NCBI GenBank assembly: GCA_009619075.1
Contig: WJOY01000013.1
Coordinates: 1 to 42,602 of the forward strand
Origin: Dehalococcoidia bacterium
GTDB lineage: Bacteria > Chloroflexota > Dehalococcoidia > GIF9 > AB-539-J10
Direction: 5' to 3'
DNA: 42,602 nucleotides
Made by a program: the position numbers and the translations under genes. Shown here one piece after another: positions 26,311 through 35,801 of this stretch (the stretch's first letter is position 1; the number at the start of each line of letters is the position of its first letter). The notes under the pieces are model-generated. The model was not told the origin of the DNA, searched no databases, and saw only the letters and a list, made by a program, of their open reading frames with translations.

Positions 26311-26658
26311 ATGTCTAGACGTACGGAACGACTAAACAAAGTCATCAAGCAGGAAATCAGCAGATTGCTTGAGCGTGAGGTTAACGACCCAAGGCTGAGT
26401 AATTCTATCTCTGTAACAGAAGTTTCAGTTTCGCCTGACCTCAAGTATGCTAAAGTATTTGTTAGCATACTGGGGAATGAAACCGATAAAACAGAGATGC
26501 TAGCCGGCTTCAATGCTGCTTCTGGATTCTTACGCAAGAAATTGGCTTCGCATTTAAAGTTGCGATGTGTCCCACAGCTTAGCTTTCATTATGATAATTC
26601 TATTGAGCAGGGGGCAAGGCTGCTCAAATTAATCGAGCAGGCTAGCAACACTAAATAG
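26311..26658 (+). CDS. rbfA: Ribosome-binding factor A
   Basis: RTERL...IKQEIS, DPRL, VSPDLKYAKVFVS, GFLRK, VPQLSFHYDNSIEQG. Confidence 0.95.
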   Translation: MSRRTERLNKVIKQEISRLLEREVNDPRLSNSISVTEVSVSPDLKYAKVFVSILGNETDKTEMLAGFNAASGFLRKKLASHLKLRCVPQLSFHYDNSIEQGARLLKLIEQASNTK

Positions 26659-26690
26659 CTTAGGTTTTTACTAGAAACAGCCCCAGGCTA

Positions 26691-26720
26691 TTGACATTGT
26701 CACCTGTAATAAGCTATGTT
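26691..26720 (+). promoter_or_regulatory. Sigma70-type promoter of the small zinc-ribbon gene
   Basis: TTGACA (26691-26696), 18 bp, TATGTT (26715-26720); RBS AAAGGAGGT downstream. Confidence 0.6.
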
Positions 26721-26758
26721 AGAGATATGCTAGCCAAGCAGAAAGGAGGTAGCTTTTC

Positions 26759-26899
26759 ATGCAAGCATATTGCTTTAAGTGTCGGGCAAAGAGAGATATA
26801 AAAAACCCAACATCCGTCACCCTTAAGAACGGAAAGCCAGCAGTCCGCGGGGTCTGTTCTGTATGCGGGACCAAAGTATTTAGAATTGGCAAGGCTTAA
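26759..26899 (+). CDS. 46-aa basic zinc-ribbon protein, DUF5679-like (absent from ORF track)
   Basis: MQAYCFKCRAKRDIKNPTSVTLKNGKPAVRGVCSVCGTKVFRIGKA; two CxxC pairs, strong RBS, own promoter. Confidence 0.88.
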   Translation: MQAYCFKCRAKRDIKNPTSVTLKNGKPAVRGVCSVCGTKVFRIGKA

Positions 26900-27232
26900 T
26901 CTCCCAGAGTGACATGACTGAGCTAGCAAAGATAATTTTTGTCAACCTCACCGCAAGAAATAACGAATCTTAGCTCAAAATTTGCTGGCGCGGTAATTTA
27001 GCTTAATGCTGCCTATGGTAGCAATAATCAATCCTGATGTTAATAGATTTTTGCTATTATAAGCATCAAAGTTGATTAGAAGTTTAGTTTTGCTTTTAAG
27101 CACTTATAGCTATGTAGCTGTGGGCAGGAGGCATTTATGTGGGTGCTGAGCCTAAAAATCATGTCATGATAGCTACTAAGGTCGCTGCAGCAAGGTGGTT
27201 TCTTTATTTGTCGTAAGGAGGAAAAACGAGCT

Positions 27233-28357
27233 ATGGGAATGATAAATGTAGCCATTATAGGTGTCGGCAATTGTGCTTCTTCATTGGTTCAGGGAGTCTA
27301 CTATTATAAGAATGCTAAAGAAAACGAGTTTGTCCCCGGTTTAATGCACGTCAATCTGGGAGGCTATCATGTAGCTGATATTAACTTCGTAGCTGCGTTT
27401 GATATTGATAAAAATAAAGTGGGTAAAGATCTAGCTAAAGCTATTTACACGCGGCCTAACAATACTATCAAGTTTTGTGATGTGCCTAAAACCGGCGTCA
27501 GAGTCGAGCGTGGTATGACCCATGATGGACTAGGCAAATATCTCTCTCAAATTATCACCAAGGCGCCGGGCCCAACAGCCGATATTGTAGGCATTCTCAA
27601 GGAGACTAAAACCGATGTAGTGCTTAATTATTTACCTGTGGGGAGCGAGGAAGCCACTAAGTGGTATGTAGAGCAGGTGCTAGCAGCCGGCTGTGGCTTT
27701 ATTAATTGCATACCGGTTTTCACTGCCCGTGAGACTTACTGGCAAAACCGATTTGCTGAGCGTGGATTGCCTGTCATTGGTGACGATATCAAATCTCAGG
27801 TTGGGGCTACTATTACACACCGAGTATTGACAAAACTCTTCCGTGACCGCGGTGTTAAGCTGGAGCGGACTTATCAATTGAATTTTGGTGGCAATACCGA
27901 TTTCCTTAATATGCTAGAACGGGAGCGCCTAGAATCTAAGAAGATTTCCAAGACAAATGCTGTTACTTCGCAGTTAGACTATGATATTGGCACTGATAAC
28001 ATCCATGTTGGTCCCAGCGACTATGTTCCCTGGCTGGCCGACCGCAAATTTTGCCACATAAAAATGGAGGGACGCACCTTTGGCGATGTCCCCCTGAATT
28101 TAGAGCTGAAGATGGAGGTATGGGATAGCCCTAATTCAGCTGGTGTGGTTATTGATGCTCTAAGGTGCTGCAAATTGGCTTTAGACCGTGGTCTAAGTGG
28201 AGCTATAGTGGCCCCCTCAGCCTACTTTATGAAATCTCCGCCAATCCAATATTCCGACGATGAAGCCCACCTGAAGACCGAAGCATTTATTACCGGACAG
28301 GAACAGGAAGAGCCCATCTCGTTGCCTGAGCCACAGCTAGTTGAGATTAAGGCGTAA
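27233..28357 (+). CDS. ino1: Myo-inositol-1-phosphate synthase
   Basis: [62 protein letters not shown]. Confidence 0.95.
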   Translation: MGMINVAIIGVGNCASSLVQGVYYYKNAKENEFVPGLMHVNLGGYHVADINFVAAFDIDKNKVGKDLAKAIYTRPNNTIKFCDVPKTGVRVERGMTHDGLGKYLSQIITKAPGPTADIVGILKETKTDVVLNYLPVGSEEATKWYVEQVLAAGCGFINCIPVFTARETYWQNRFAERGLPVIGDDIKSQVGATITHRVLTKLFRDRGVKLERTYQLNFGGNTDFLNMLERERLESKKISKTNAVTSQLDYDIGTDNIHVGPSDYVPWLADRKFCHIKMEGRTFGDVPLNLELKMEVWDSPNSAGVVIDALRCCKLALDRGLSGAIVAPSAYFMKSPPIQYSDDEAHLKTEAFITGQEQEEPISLPEPQLVEIKA

Positions 28358-28471
28358 GCCGCTTTTGCGACAAAGGCACCAACCTCAAACTATGTAGCTT
28401 AAAAAGAAATCAATTATTCCGTTACCTTGCTCGATGGGGCTTAATAAGGTTGATGAAGTGGGTGACCTAAG

Positions 28472-29566
28472 ATGATAACCTTGGTGGTAACAATAGGTTG
28501 TGGCGCAATGGATTCATATTCTCAGAAGCTTGCTGAGAAACTGGATGTCCCCAAAGTCTATACGGATATCTACCAGAGCAGTGCTGAGAAGTTCAATATC
28601 TCCTGGCTCTCACGAGGTGCATTAAAGGCTATCTCAGAGGACTGGAGCTTCGTTAAAAAAATCAGCAAATTAACTGGCATAGTTCATTTGCCAAACCAAC
28701 ACTTGGGGCGCTACGGAAACTTCCTCAAAATACCTTATATCATAACTGTGCATGACCTCATCAGATACTTCGACCTAAAGGGATCTGGAAAATATATTCA
28801 CCGTCCCAACCCTAGGGACAAATTCTACTTGGGCCTTGATTACAAGGGTATCAAAAAGGCGGTGAGAGTAATAGCAGTATCTCAAGCAACAAAAAATGAC
28901 CTGATGCATTACCTTGGAATACCTGATGAGCAAATAAGCGTTGTTTATCTAGGTGTTGACCACACAACTTTCAGACCATCGTCTCAAGCAAGTGAGTCCG
29001 AACATCCTTACATTCTTTTCGTTGGCTCAGAGCATCCCAGAAAGAACTTACCGACTTTACTTAGGGCATTTAAAGGGCTCAAGGAACAACCAAGGTTTAA
29101 GGATTTGAAGCTGGTCAAAGTAGGCAAGGCTGGTGGCAAAGAGGCGGATTTCAGGAGACAGACCATCAAGGTTATAGATTCTCTAAACTTAAATGGAAGG
29201 GTAATATTCACAGAGGTTGTCTCTGAGGAGAGCTTAAGAGCTTATTACTCTAACGCAAAGTGTCTTGTCCTTCCTTCCCTCTATGAAGGTTTTGGTTTCC
29301 CCCCGCTTGAAGCAATGGCCTGTGGCTGCCCAGTGATAACCTCTAATAGCTCCTCACTGCCCGAGGTAGTAGGTGAGGCAGCAATCAAGGTCTCCCCCCA
29401 CGATATTGAGGGGCTGGCAGGGGCTTTGGAGAGGGTTCTCACTGACAAGGAGCTCAGGAAAGGCCTTATTGCCAAGGGAAAAGCACAAGCTGTCAAATTC
29501 TCCTGGGACCAAGCAGCAGAAAAGACTCTCGAGGTTTACAAAGAGGTAGAGGGAAGCTTCAGCTAA
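28472..29566 (+). CDS. Glycosyltransferase family 4 (MtfB/WbpY-like)
   Basis: ITVHDL, IAVSQATKNDL, HPRKNL, PSLYEGFGFPPLEAMACGCPVITSN.SSLPEV, FSW. Confidence 0.9.
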   Translation: MITLVVTIGCGAMDSYSQKLAEKLDVPKVYTDIYQSSAEKFNISWLSRGALKAISEDWSFVKKISKLTGIVHLPNQHLGRYGNFLKIPYIITVHDLIRYFDLKGSGKYIHRPNPRDKFYLGLDYKGIKKAVRVIAVSQATKNDLMHYLGIPDEQISVVYLGVDHTTFRPSSQASESEHPYILFVGSEHPRKNLPTLLRAFKGLKEQPRFKDLKLVKVGKAGGKEADFRRQTIKVIDSLNLNGRVIFTEVVSEESLRAYYSNAKCLVLPSLYEGFGFPPLEAMACGCPVITSNSSSLPEVVGEAAIKVSPHDIEGLAGALERVLTDKELRKGLIAKGKAQAVKFSWDQAAEKTLEVYKEVEGSFS

Positions 29567-30795
29567 ATCCTTTCACTTGGCTTTAAGTAAAAATTTAACT
29601 GATCTTTTATTATGTCTTCCAATTTGTGTGTAACTTTGAATCCCAATTGCTGAATCTTTCGAGTGTCTGAGAGCAATATCGGAACTTCAGCTGGCCTAAA
29701 TTTACCTGGGTCAAATTCTATTGGTATTTTCCCCTTGTCTGTATAGACCCAAATCCCTTTGTCCTCCAAGGCAAATTCTAATTCGTCGGTTAATAATAAT
29801 TCGTCAACCTTAGTTTTCTCAAACCTTAAGCCGAATATTTCGCCATCCTTCCTTTGTAGCGGATCTAGCACAGTTTTTCTGTCAGTTTCGTTCATAGTTT
29901 CGATCTTTTCCACATCCCACCCAGCATTTTGTAAAGTTAATAAAATATAGCTCAGAACAGCGTTTGTTCGTATCGAACCTTGATTATAAACCTCTCCGGC
30001 ATCGCCTTTTTCGGCAAGAAGGCAGTAACCTCTCACAATATCATCTATATGGCTCCAGTCCCTTAAGGCATTCACATTCCCTATCAATATTTTATTGCTT
30101 TCCCCAAGCTTTAATCTCATAACTTGATTTGCTATCACGGAAGTCACAAACATGCTACCACGTCCAGCACCCTCAGTATTGAAACTTCTGGAAACAATGG
30201 CCTTTAAGCCATAAATATTATGGTAGCCTCGCATCAAGTAATCACCTTGCACTTTACTAATAGCATAAGGTGATTGAGGCCTGAGGGGATTTTCCTCACT
30301 TATAGGCAATTCAGGCATTCTTGCTGGTGAAGGAACTATGCATCCATATTTCTTTAATGCTCTGCTATATTGTAGTTGGGATGAGAATGCCAGGCCATAT
30401 TCCTCACTGGAGCCAGCAAAAACCACTATTGGATCGAGATTTTTCAACCTTATGGATTCAAGTAAATTCGCAGTCCCCAGGCTGTTGGTCATCAGAATTG
30501 CTAAGGGGTTTTCGAAAGATGACGGGATAAAAGACTGGGCAGCAAGGTGAAAAACAATGTCAGGTTTGGCGACTTCGAGGGCAGATCCAATATTGGAAAT
30601 ATCGAGTATATCACCCTCAATTACATGAATTTGGTCATAAATTCTCTCATTGGCCAAATTTTTTGGCGTTGATCCATCCGCTCTCCTTCTGAGCAACCCA
30701 AAAACTTCGTTTCCATTATCAAGCAAATATTTTGCCAGCTGACTACCAACAAATCCTGAAATACCTGTAATCAGTGTCCTTTTATTGCTAAACAT
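29563..30795 (-). CDS. gmd: GDP-mannose 4,6-dehydratase-like SDR with two insertions
   Basis: LITGISGFVG, FHLAAQSF, GSSEEYG, PQSPYAISK (YxxxK), RSFN, GN...LRDW, FRPAEV. Confidence 0.8.
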   Translation of the reverse strand: MFSNKRTLITGISGFVGSQLAKYLLDNGNEVFGLLRRRADGSTPKNLANERIYDQIHVIEGDILDISNIGSALEVAKPDIVFHLAAQSFIPSSFENPLAILMTNSLGTANLLESIRLKNLDPIVVFAGSSEEYGLAFSSQLQYSRALKKYGCIVPSPARMPELPISEENPLRPQSPYAISKVQGDYLMRGYHNIYGLKAIVSRSFNTEGAGRGSMFVTSVIANQVMRLKLGESNKILIGNVNALRDWSHIDDIVRGYCLLAEKGDAGEVYNQGSIRTNAVLSYILLTLQNAGWDVEKIETMNETDRKTVLDPLQRKDGEIFGLRFEKTKVDELLLTDELEFALEDKGIWVYTDKGKIPIEFDPGKFRPAEVPILLSDTRKIQQLGFKVTHKLEDIIKDQLNFYLKPSERI

Positions 30796-30942
30796 AAATA
30801 AATCCCCCCTCTTAATATCTATTCTCGCCTACCCATCAAATATCTTAACACAAGCAACTCTTATTTTTAAGCTTTTCCTTGAGTTAATTCCAATCCTGAG
30901 GTATGATGCTATAGGCAAATTTGCTGAAGGGCATAGTTTAAG

Positions 30943-31893
30943 TTGTCCCAGATTTCCCTTTCCACTATGTGGGCTAAAGGTAGATTTGGCAATATGACAG
31001 AATTTGTCATTAAAGCCAAGGAATTGGGCTTTACCCATGTTGAAGCAAGCGCCTCTGTTTCTCCACTAGCCCTTACTGAACTTATCAAGACTTCAGTCCC
31101 TATTTCAAGCATTCATTCTCCTTGTCCAGCTGTCTTATCCTCTAAAGGCATCCCAGTAGCTAACCTGTCTCTAAGTTCTATAGAAAAAAGTGAACGAGAG
31201 GAGGCGGTTGATTTCGCTAAGAAAACGATAGACCTTGCCTCAAAAGTAGGCGCTACCGCAGTCATTATCCATATAGGGGAAATGCCGATTAACCTTGGTT
31301 TAGAAGATAAGTTACGTCAGCTTTATAAACAGCATCTTGCCCAAACCAAGGAATATAGCCGGGTTAAAGAACAGCTCGTTTATCAACGTGTTTCCAAAGT
31401 CTCCCCTTTTCTTGAAGCAGCGCGGGAAAGCCTTACAGAACTTAGCAGATACAGCCAAGGAAAGGGGATAATGCTAGGGCTTGAGACAAGGTTCTATTTT
31501 CATGAGATACCAAATATAGATGAGATGGAGGAGTTACTTAAAGAGACAAAAGGAAGACGGGTTGGTTACTGGCATGATGTAGGGCATGCTGAAGTTCAGC
31601 AGCGGCTGGGATTTGCTTCACACGAAGAATGGCTTTCAAGGTTCGAAAACAGGATGATTGGCGTGCATTTACACGACGTTCTTGGCATCTCCGATCATCG
31701 TCCCCCAGGAAAGGGGGATGTGAATTGGGATATGGTGGCTAAGCATCTACCTCGCGCCCCTCGCCAAATAAAGAGTGGTGAAGAGTGGGCGATCCTCGAT
31801 AGGGTGATAAGAGTTTGTGAAATTGCTGAATGGAATGGGGAGAGGCAAATTCAAGGAGTAGTTACCTTCCTGCAAGGCAAGGGGATACTATAA
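30943..31893 (+). CDS. Xylose isomerase-like TIM barrel protein (sugar phosphate isomerase/epimerase family)
   Basis: SIHSP, IIHIG, GLETR..HEIP, WHDVGHA, GVHLHD..GISDH.PPG.G. Confidence 0.85.
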   Translation: MSQISLSTMWAKGRFGNMTEFVIKAKELGFTHVEASASVSPLALTELIKTSVPISSIHSPCPAVLSSKGIPVANLSLSSIEKSEREEAVDFAKKTIDLASKVGATAVIIHIGEMPINLGLEDKLRQLYKQHLAQTKEYSRVKEQLVYQRVSKVSPFLEAARESLTELSRYSQGKGIMLGLETRFYFHEIPNIDEMEELLKETKGRRVGYWHDVGHAEVQQRLGFASHEEWLSRFENRMIGVHLHDVLGISDHRPPGKGDVNWDMVAKHLPRAPRQIKSGEEWAILDRVIRVCEIAEWNGERQIQGVVTFLQGKGIL

Positions 31894-31904
31894 AAGGGAA
31901 CTAG

Positions 31905-32489
31905 GTGGCAAATTTAGTAGAGATTCGAGCGGCTATAGCTTCCCGCATTACTAATCCCTTAGTTGGGATTTTGAGCAAAAGCAGGCTAAAACCCAATACC
32001 CTCACCTTTATTGAGTTGGCCATAAGCCTCGGTGCCGCTTACGCCATTGTCATCGGCTACTTCCTTCTTGGTGGAGCTTTGGTTTTGGTCTCCGGGCTAT
32101 TTGATCTCCTCGATGGGGCACTGGCTCGCTTTACCAAGCAAAGTACAAAGTTTGGCGCTATTCTAGATTCAACGATTGACCGCCTTTCTGAAGCAGCAAT
32201 ATTTTGCGGTCTTTTAGTTTGGTATATGCCAAAAGTAGCCACTCTAGAAATTGTGCTCATTTTTGCCGCTCTAATTGGCTCTTTCCTTGTTAGCTATATA
32301 AGAGCCAGGGCAGAAGGACTAGGTTTGGAATGTCAAGTTGGTTTGTTTACCAGAGCTGAAAGGGTTATAGTATTAGCAGTAGGTTTGCTGGTAAACCAAG
32401 TTTTTATTGCTTTATGGGTTTTGGTAGTCTTTGTTTATATCACTATAGCTCAAAGGCTGCTTCATCTGCATGAAGCAAACAAAAGTTAG
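31905..32489 (+). CDS. CDP-alcohol phosphatidyltransferase, probably phosphatidylinositol(-phosphate) synthase
   Basis: PNTLT, DLLDGALAR...GAILDSTIDR signature, SYIRARAE, RAER; near ino1. Confidence 0.85.
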   Translation: MANLVEIRAAIASRITNPLVGILSKSRLKPNTLTFIELAISLGAAYAIVIGYFLLGGALVLVSGLFDLLDGALARFTKQSTKFGAILDSTIDRLSEAAIFCGLLVWYMPKVATLEIVLIFAALIGSFLVSYIRARAEGLGLECQVGLFTRAERVIVLAVGLLVNQVFIALWVLVVFVYITIAQRLLHLHEANKS

Positions 32490-32500
32490 GGGGTAATTAA

Positions 32501-33790
32501 ATGCCAGTTATAGCTGTTGTAGGAGGTCAGTGGGGTGACGAGGGGAAAGGAAAGGTAATTGATTCCCTGGCCGAGAAAGCTAAGGTAGTGGCGCGTTTCT
32601 CAGGGGGTGACAATGCCGGCCACACAGTTATTAACCCCTATGGCGAGTTCAGGATGCATCTTGTACCCTCCGGTATTTTTTACCCAGGGGTAACTTGCAT
32701 TATCGGCAATGGCGTGGTTATTAACCCGGCAGTACTCCTTGATGAAATAGCCAACCTCAAGAAGCACGGTGTAGATATAAGTCATCTCATCATCAGTGAC
32801 CGTGCCCATCTCATCATGCCTTATCACACCCTTCTCGATGGACTGGAAGAGGAAAGGCGTGGTAAAGGGGCTTTAGGAACTACCCGTAGAGGAGTTGGCC
32901 CTGCCTTTACTGATAAAGTTGCTCGTATGGGAATCCGCACCGGGGACTTATCAAACAAGGATTTATTTCACAGCAAGCTAAGCTCAATCCTCGAATTTAA
33001 GAATGCCATTCTTACAAAGGTATACGGGCATTCGCCTCTGTTACTAGAAGAAATCTTTGAGCAATATTGCCGTTATGGGGAGCAACTGGCTCCACTTATT
33101 CAGGAAACTAACTCCATAATTCGCCAATCTTTAGCCAGAGGAGAGCTACTTTTTTTAGAGAGTGCCCAAGGGACTTTGCTTGACCCCGACTTTGGCACTT
33201 ATCCTTATGTAACTTCTTCTTCGCCATTAGCCGGCGGAGGCTCTATTGGGGCCGGCATAAGCCCAATGGCATTTGATCGCATTATCGGTGTATTTAAAGC
33301 TTACATCACTAGAGTTGGCAGTGGACCCATGCCCACTGAGCTAAAGGACGAGGTTGGCAAACTCATACGTGAGAAAGGTCATGAATATGGTGCTACGACA
33401 GGGAGGCCGCGGAGGTGCGGTTGGTTTGATGCCGTGGCTGGCCGCTTCGCTACTCAGGTAAATGGTTTTAGTGACATAGCTTTAACCCACCTTGATATTT
33501 TTGATGGTTTTTCTTCCATCAAAATATGCACGGCCTATAAATTTGATAACAAGATTCTAGACTCTTTCCCGAGCGATATAGCTATACTAGAGAAATGCCA
33601 ACCTGTATATGAAGAACTCTCTGGTTGGCAAGAGTCAATAAGGGAAATCCGTAATTTTGACCAGCTACCATTGGAGGCCCGCCGCTACATCAACCGGCTT
33701 GAGGAGCTCCTCTCCTGCTCTATTAGCTTTATCGCCGTAGGATCAAGGAGAGAGCAAACGATAAGGGTGAGACCTATTCTCCCTGGGTAA
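32501..33790 (+). CDS. purA: Adenylosuccinate synthetase
   Basis: GGQWGDEGKGK, GGDNAGHT, GTYPYVTSS, TRVGSGP, YGATTGRPRRCGW. Confidence 0.97.
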   Translation: MPVIAVVGGQWGDEGKGKVIDSLAEKAKVVARFSGGDNAGHTVINPYGEFRMHLVPSGIFYPGVTCIIGNGVVINPAVLLDEIANLKKHGVDISHLIISDRAHLIMPYHTLLDGLEEERRGKGALGTTRRGVGPAFTDKVARMGIRTGDLSNKDLFHSKLSSILEFKNAILTKVYGHSPLLLEEIFEQYCRYGEQLAPLIQETNSIIRQSLARGELLFLESAQGTLLDPDFGTYPYVTSSSPLAGGGSIGAGISPMAFDRIIGVFKAYITRVGSGPMPTELKDEVGKLIREKGHEYGATTGRPRRCGWFDAVAGRFATQVNGFSDIALTHLDIFDGFSSIKICTAYKFDNKILDSFPSDIAILEKCQPVYEELSGWQESIREIRNFDQLPLEARRYINRLEELLSCSISFIAVGSRREQTIRVRPILPG

Positions 33791-34688
33791 CCCTGGTGGG
33801 TAAAGGTAAGTCAATTTTATAGTTTTTTAATGCTGCTTTAACAATCTCGGCCGATTTTTCGTCAGGTTCAATCAAAGGCAAGCGCGGTTTGCCCACTGGA
33901 AAACCTAAGTAATTCAGAGCATATTTAACGGGCATAGGATTGGTAACAACAAATAAGGCATTTATCAGAGGCAATAAATGGCGGTGAATGCTAGCTGCCT
34001 CCTGAGTTTCACCGTTAAGAAATTTCTCCATCATGTCTTTTATTTGGATTCCTACTAAATGTGAAGCGACACTGACCACACCATAACCACCCAAAGTAAG
34101 AATAGGCAAGGTATCACTATCATTGCCACTGTAAACTAAAAAGTCATCCTTGGCTCCCTGTATAATCTCAGCTATTTGGCCAAGGTTACCACTAGCTTCC
34201 TTCACACCAATGATATTGTCTATGTGGCTTAGCTTGATTACTGTATCAGCAGCAAGATTAGTGCCTGTGCGTGATGGTACGTTGTAGAGAATACAAGGCA
34301 AAGTTGTGGCTTGGGCAATGGCATTAAAATGCTCAAATAAGCCTTGCTGGGGGGGCCGATTATAATAAGGCACTACTAATACGCAAGCATCAACTCCAAC
34401 CTTCTCTGCTTCTTTAGTCAGCTCCTGACTCTCTCTAGTGTTGTAAGTGCCAGTCCCAGCCACTATTGTTCCACGGTTAGCTATCGCTGACTTGACTTCA
34501 GTAAAAAGACGGAGCTTCTCTTCGAAGTTAAGAGTAGGGGATTCTCCCGTAGTGCCAGAGAGCACCAGACCATCACTACCAGAATTAAGCAAAGCTTGAG
34601 CTAGATTCCTGGCCTGCTGATAATCAACTTTGCCCTGACTATCAAAGGGTGTAACCATAGCTGTTAATAAGCGGCCTGGCTTGTCCAT
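33774..34688 (-). CDS. dapA: 4-hydroxy-tetrahydrodipicolinate synthase
   Basis: GTTGESPTL, PYYNRP, LYNVPSRTG, GVKEASG, SGND, TNPMPVK. Confidence 0.96.
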   Translation of the reverse strand: MDKPGRLLTAMVTPFDSQGKVDYQQARNLAQALLNSGSDGLVLSGTTGESPTLNFEEKLRLFTEVKSAIANRGTIVAGTGTYNTRESQELTKEAEKVGVDACVLVVPYYNRPPQQGLFEHFNAIAQATTLPCILYNVPSRTGTNLAADTVIKLSHIDNIIGVKEASGNLGQIAEIIQGAKDDFLVYSGNDSDTLPILTLGGYGVVSVASHLVGIQIKDMMEKFLNGETQEAASIHRHLLPLINALFVVTNPMPVKYALNYLGFPVGKPRLPLIEPDEKSAEIVKAALKNYKIDLPLPTRVTQGE

Positions 34689-34694
34689 TTTAGG

Positions 34695-35765
34695 CTATCC
34701 CTCCTTTGTCGGATAAGAAGCACGGGAGTGCCTCCCCCTCTTCTTGCGCCCTATCCAGCCCCTTCTTATCCCTTCCTCTGCAATCTGTATAGCATTCAGC
34801 GCTGCCCCTTTACGTAAATTATCAGCTACTACCCACATAACTAATCCATTGGGGTGAGAAATATCCTTTCTGATTCTACCCACAAATACGTGATTTGAAC
34901 CACTAGCTGCCCAAGGTAGGGGGTAGAAGCTAACGCTAGGATCATCAAGAACCCTGACTCCAGGTGCTTGAGCCAAAATTTTCCTTGCCTCTTCCGGAGT
35001 GATAGGTGAAGTAAATTCCACATTCACCGCTTCACTATGCCCGAAGTAAACAGGGACTCGGACGCAGGTTGCCGAGATAGCCATATCCTCAGCATGCATT
35101 ATCTTCCGCGTCTCTTCCACCATTTTCTGTTCTTCTTTAGTATAGCCATTATCCAAAAAGACATCGGTTTCTGGTAACAGATTAAAAGCTATTTGATGGG
35201 AATAGACATGAGGACAAACACGACGCCCCTCTAAAACCAGCTTTATTTGGCTTGTTAGTTCCTTTAAAGCATCAGCACCGCTGTCTGATACCGATTGATA
35301 AGTGCTTACGATGATTCGTTTTATAGGATTAACCTTGTGTAAGGGATAAAGAGCTACTACCATTTGGATTGTAGAACAATTTGGGTTGGCGATTATCCCC
35401 TTGTGCCATTCGATATCCTCAGGATTTACTTCAGGAACCACCAAAGGAACCAAGGGGGCCATTCTAAAAGCAGCGCTATTATCAATAACCACCGCTCCAG
35501 CCTCAGCAGCCAGAGGTGACAGGCGGCGGCTAACATCAGCGCTAGCGGAAAAAAGAGCGATATCAACATTACGAAATATCTCCGGCGTCGCTTCCTCAAC
35601 CTCGATTTTCTGGCGATTAGAAAAAAAGACTTTTATGTCTGAAGAGCGTTCGGGAGCAAGTAGTCGGATCGAAGCTGCAGGGAAATTCCGCTGCTCAAGC
35701 ACCTTGATAAATTCTCGCTCAACAAGCCCAGTGTCACCAACAATAGCTACGTTGAAACCTTCCAT
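34695..35765 (-). CDS. asd: Aspartate-semialdehyde dehydrogenase with atypical nucleotide-binding motifs
   Basis: IDNSAAFRM, VPEVN, IANPNCSTIQ, ATCVRVPV..GHSE, ADNLRKGAALNA. Start ATG 35765; the ORF-track extension runs through a repeat. Confidence 0.9.
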   Translation of the reverse strand: MEGFNVAIVGDTGLVEREFIKVLEQRNFPAASIRLLAPERSSDIKVFFSNRQKIEVEEATPEIFRNVDIALFSASADVSRRLSPLAAEAGAVVIDNSAAFRMAPLVPLVVPEVNPEDIEWHKGIIANPNCSTIQMVVALYPLHKVNPIKRIIVSTYQSVSDSGADALKELTSQIKLVLEGRRVCPHVYSHQIAFNLLPETDVFLDNGYTKEEQKMVEETRKIMHAEDMAISATCVRVPVYFGHSEAVNVEFTSPITPEEARKILAQAPGVRVLDDPSVSFYPLPWAASGSNHVFVGRIRKDISHPNGLVMWVVADNLRKGAALNAIQIAEEGIRRGWIGRKKRGRHSRASYPTKEG

Positions 35766-35801
35766 GCTCTTTCCTCGCAACAGTTCACCCCCCTCAAAAA
35801 T

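Noticed and set aside
26714-26929. 71-aa minus-strand ORF
   Set aside because: Shadow of the plus-strand 46-aa zinc-ribbon gene, which has the RBS, promoter and motif.
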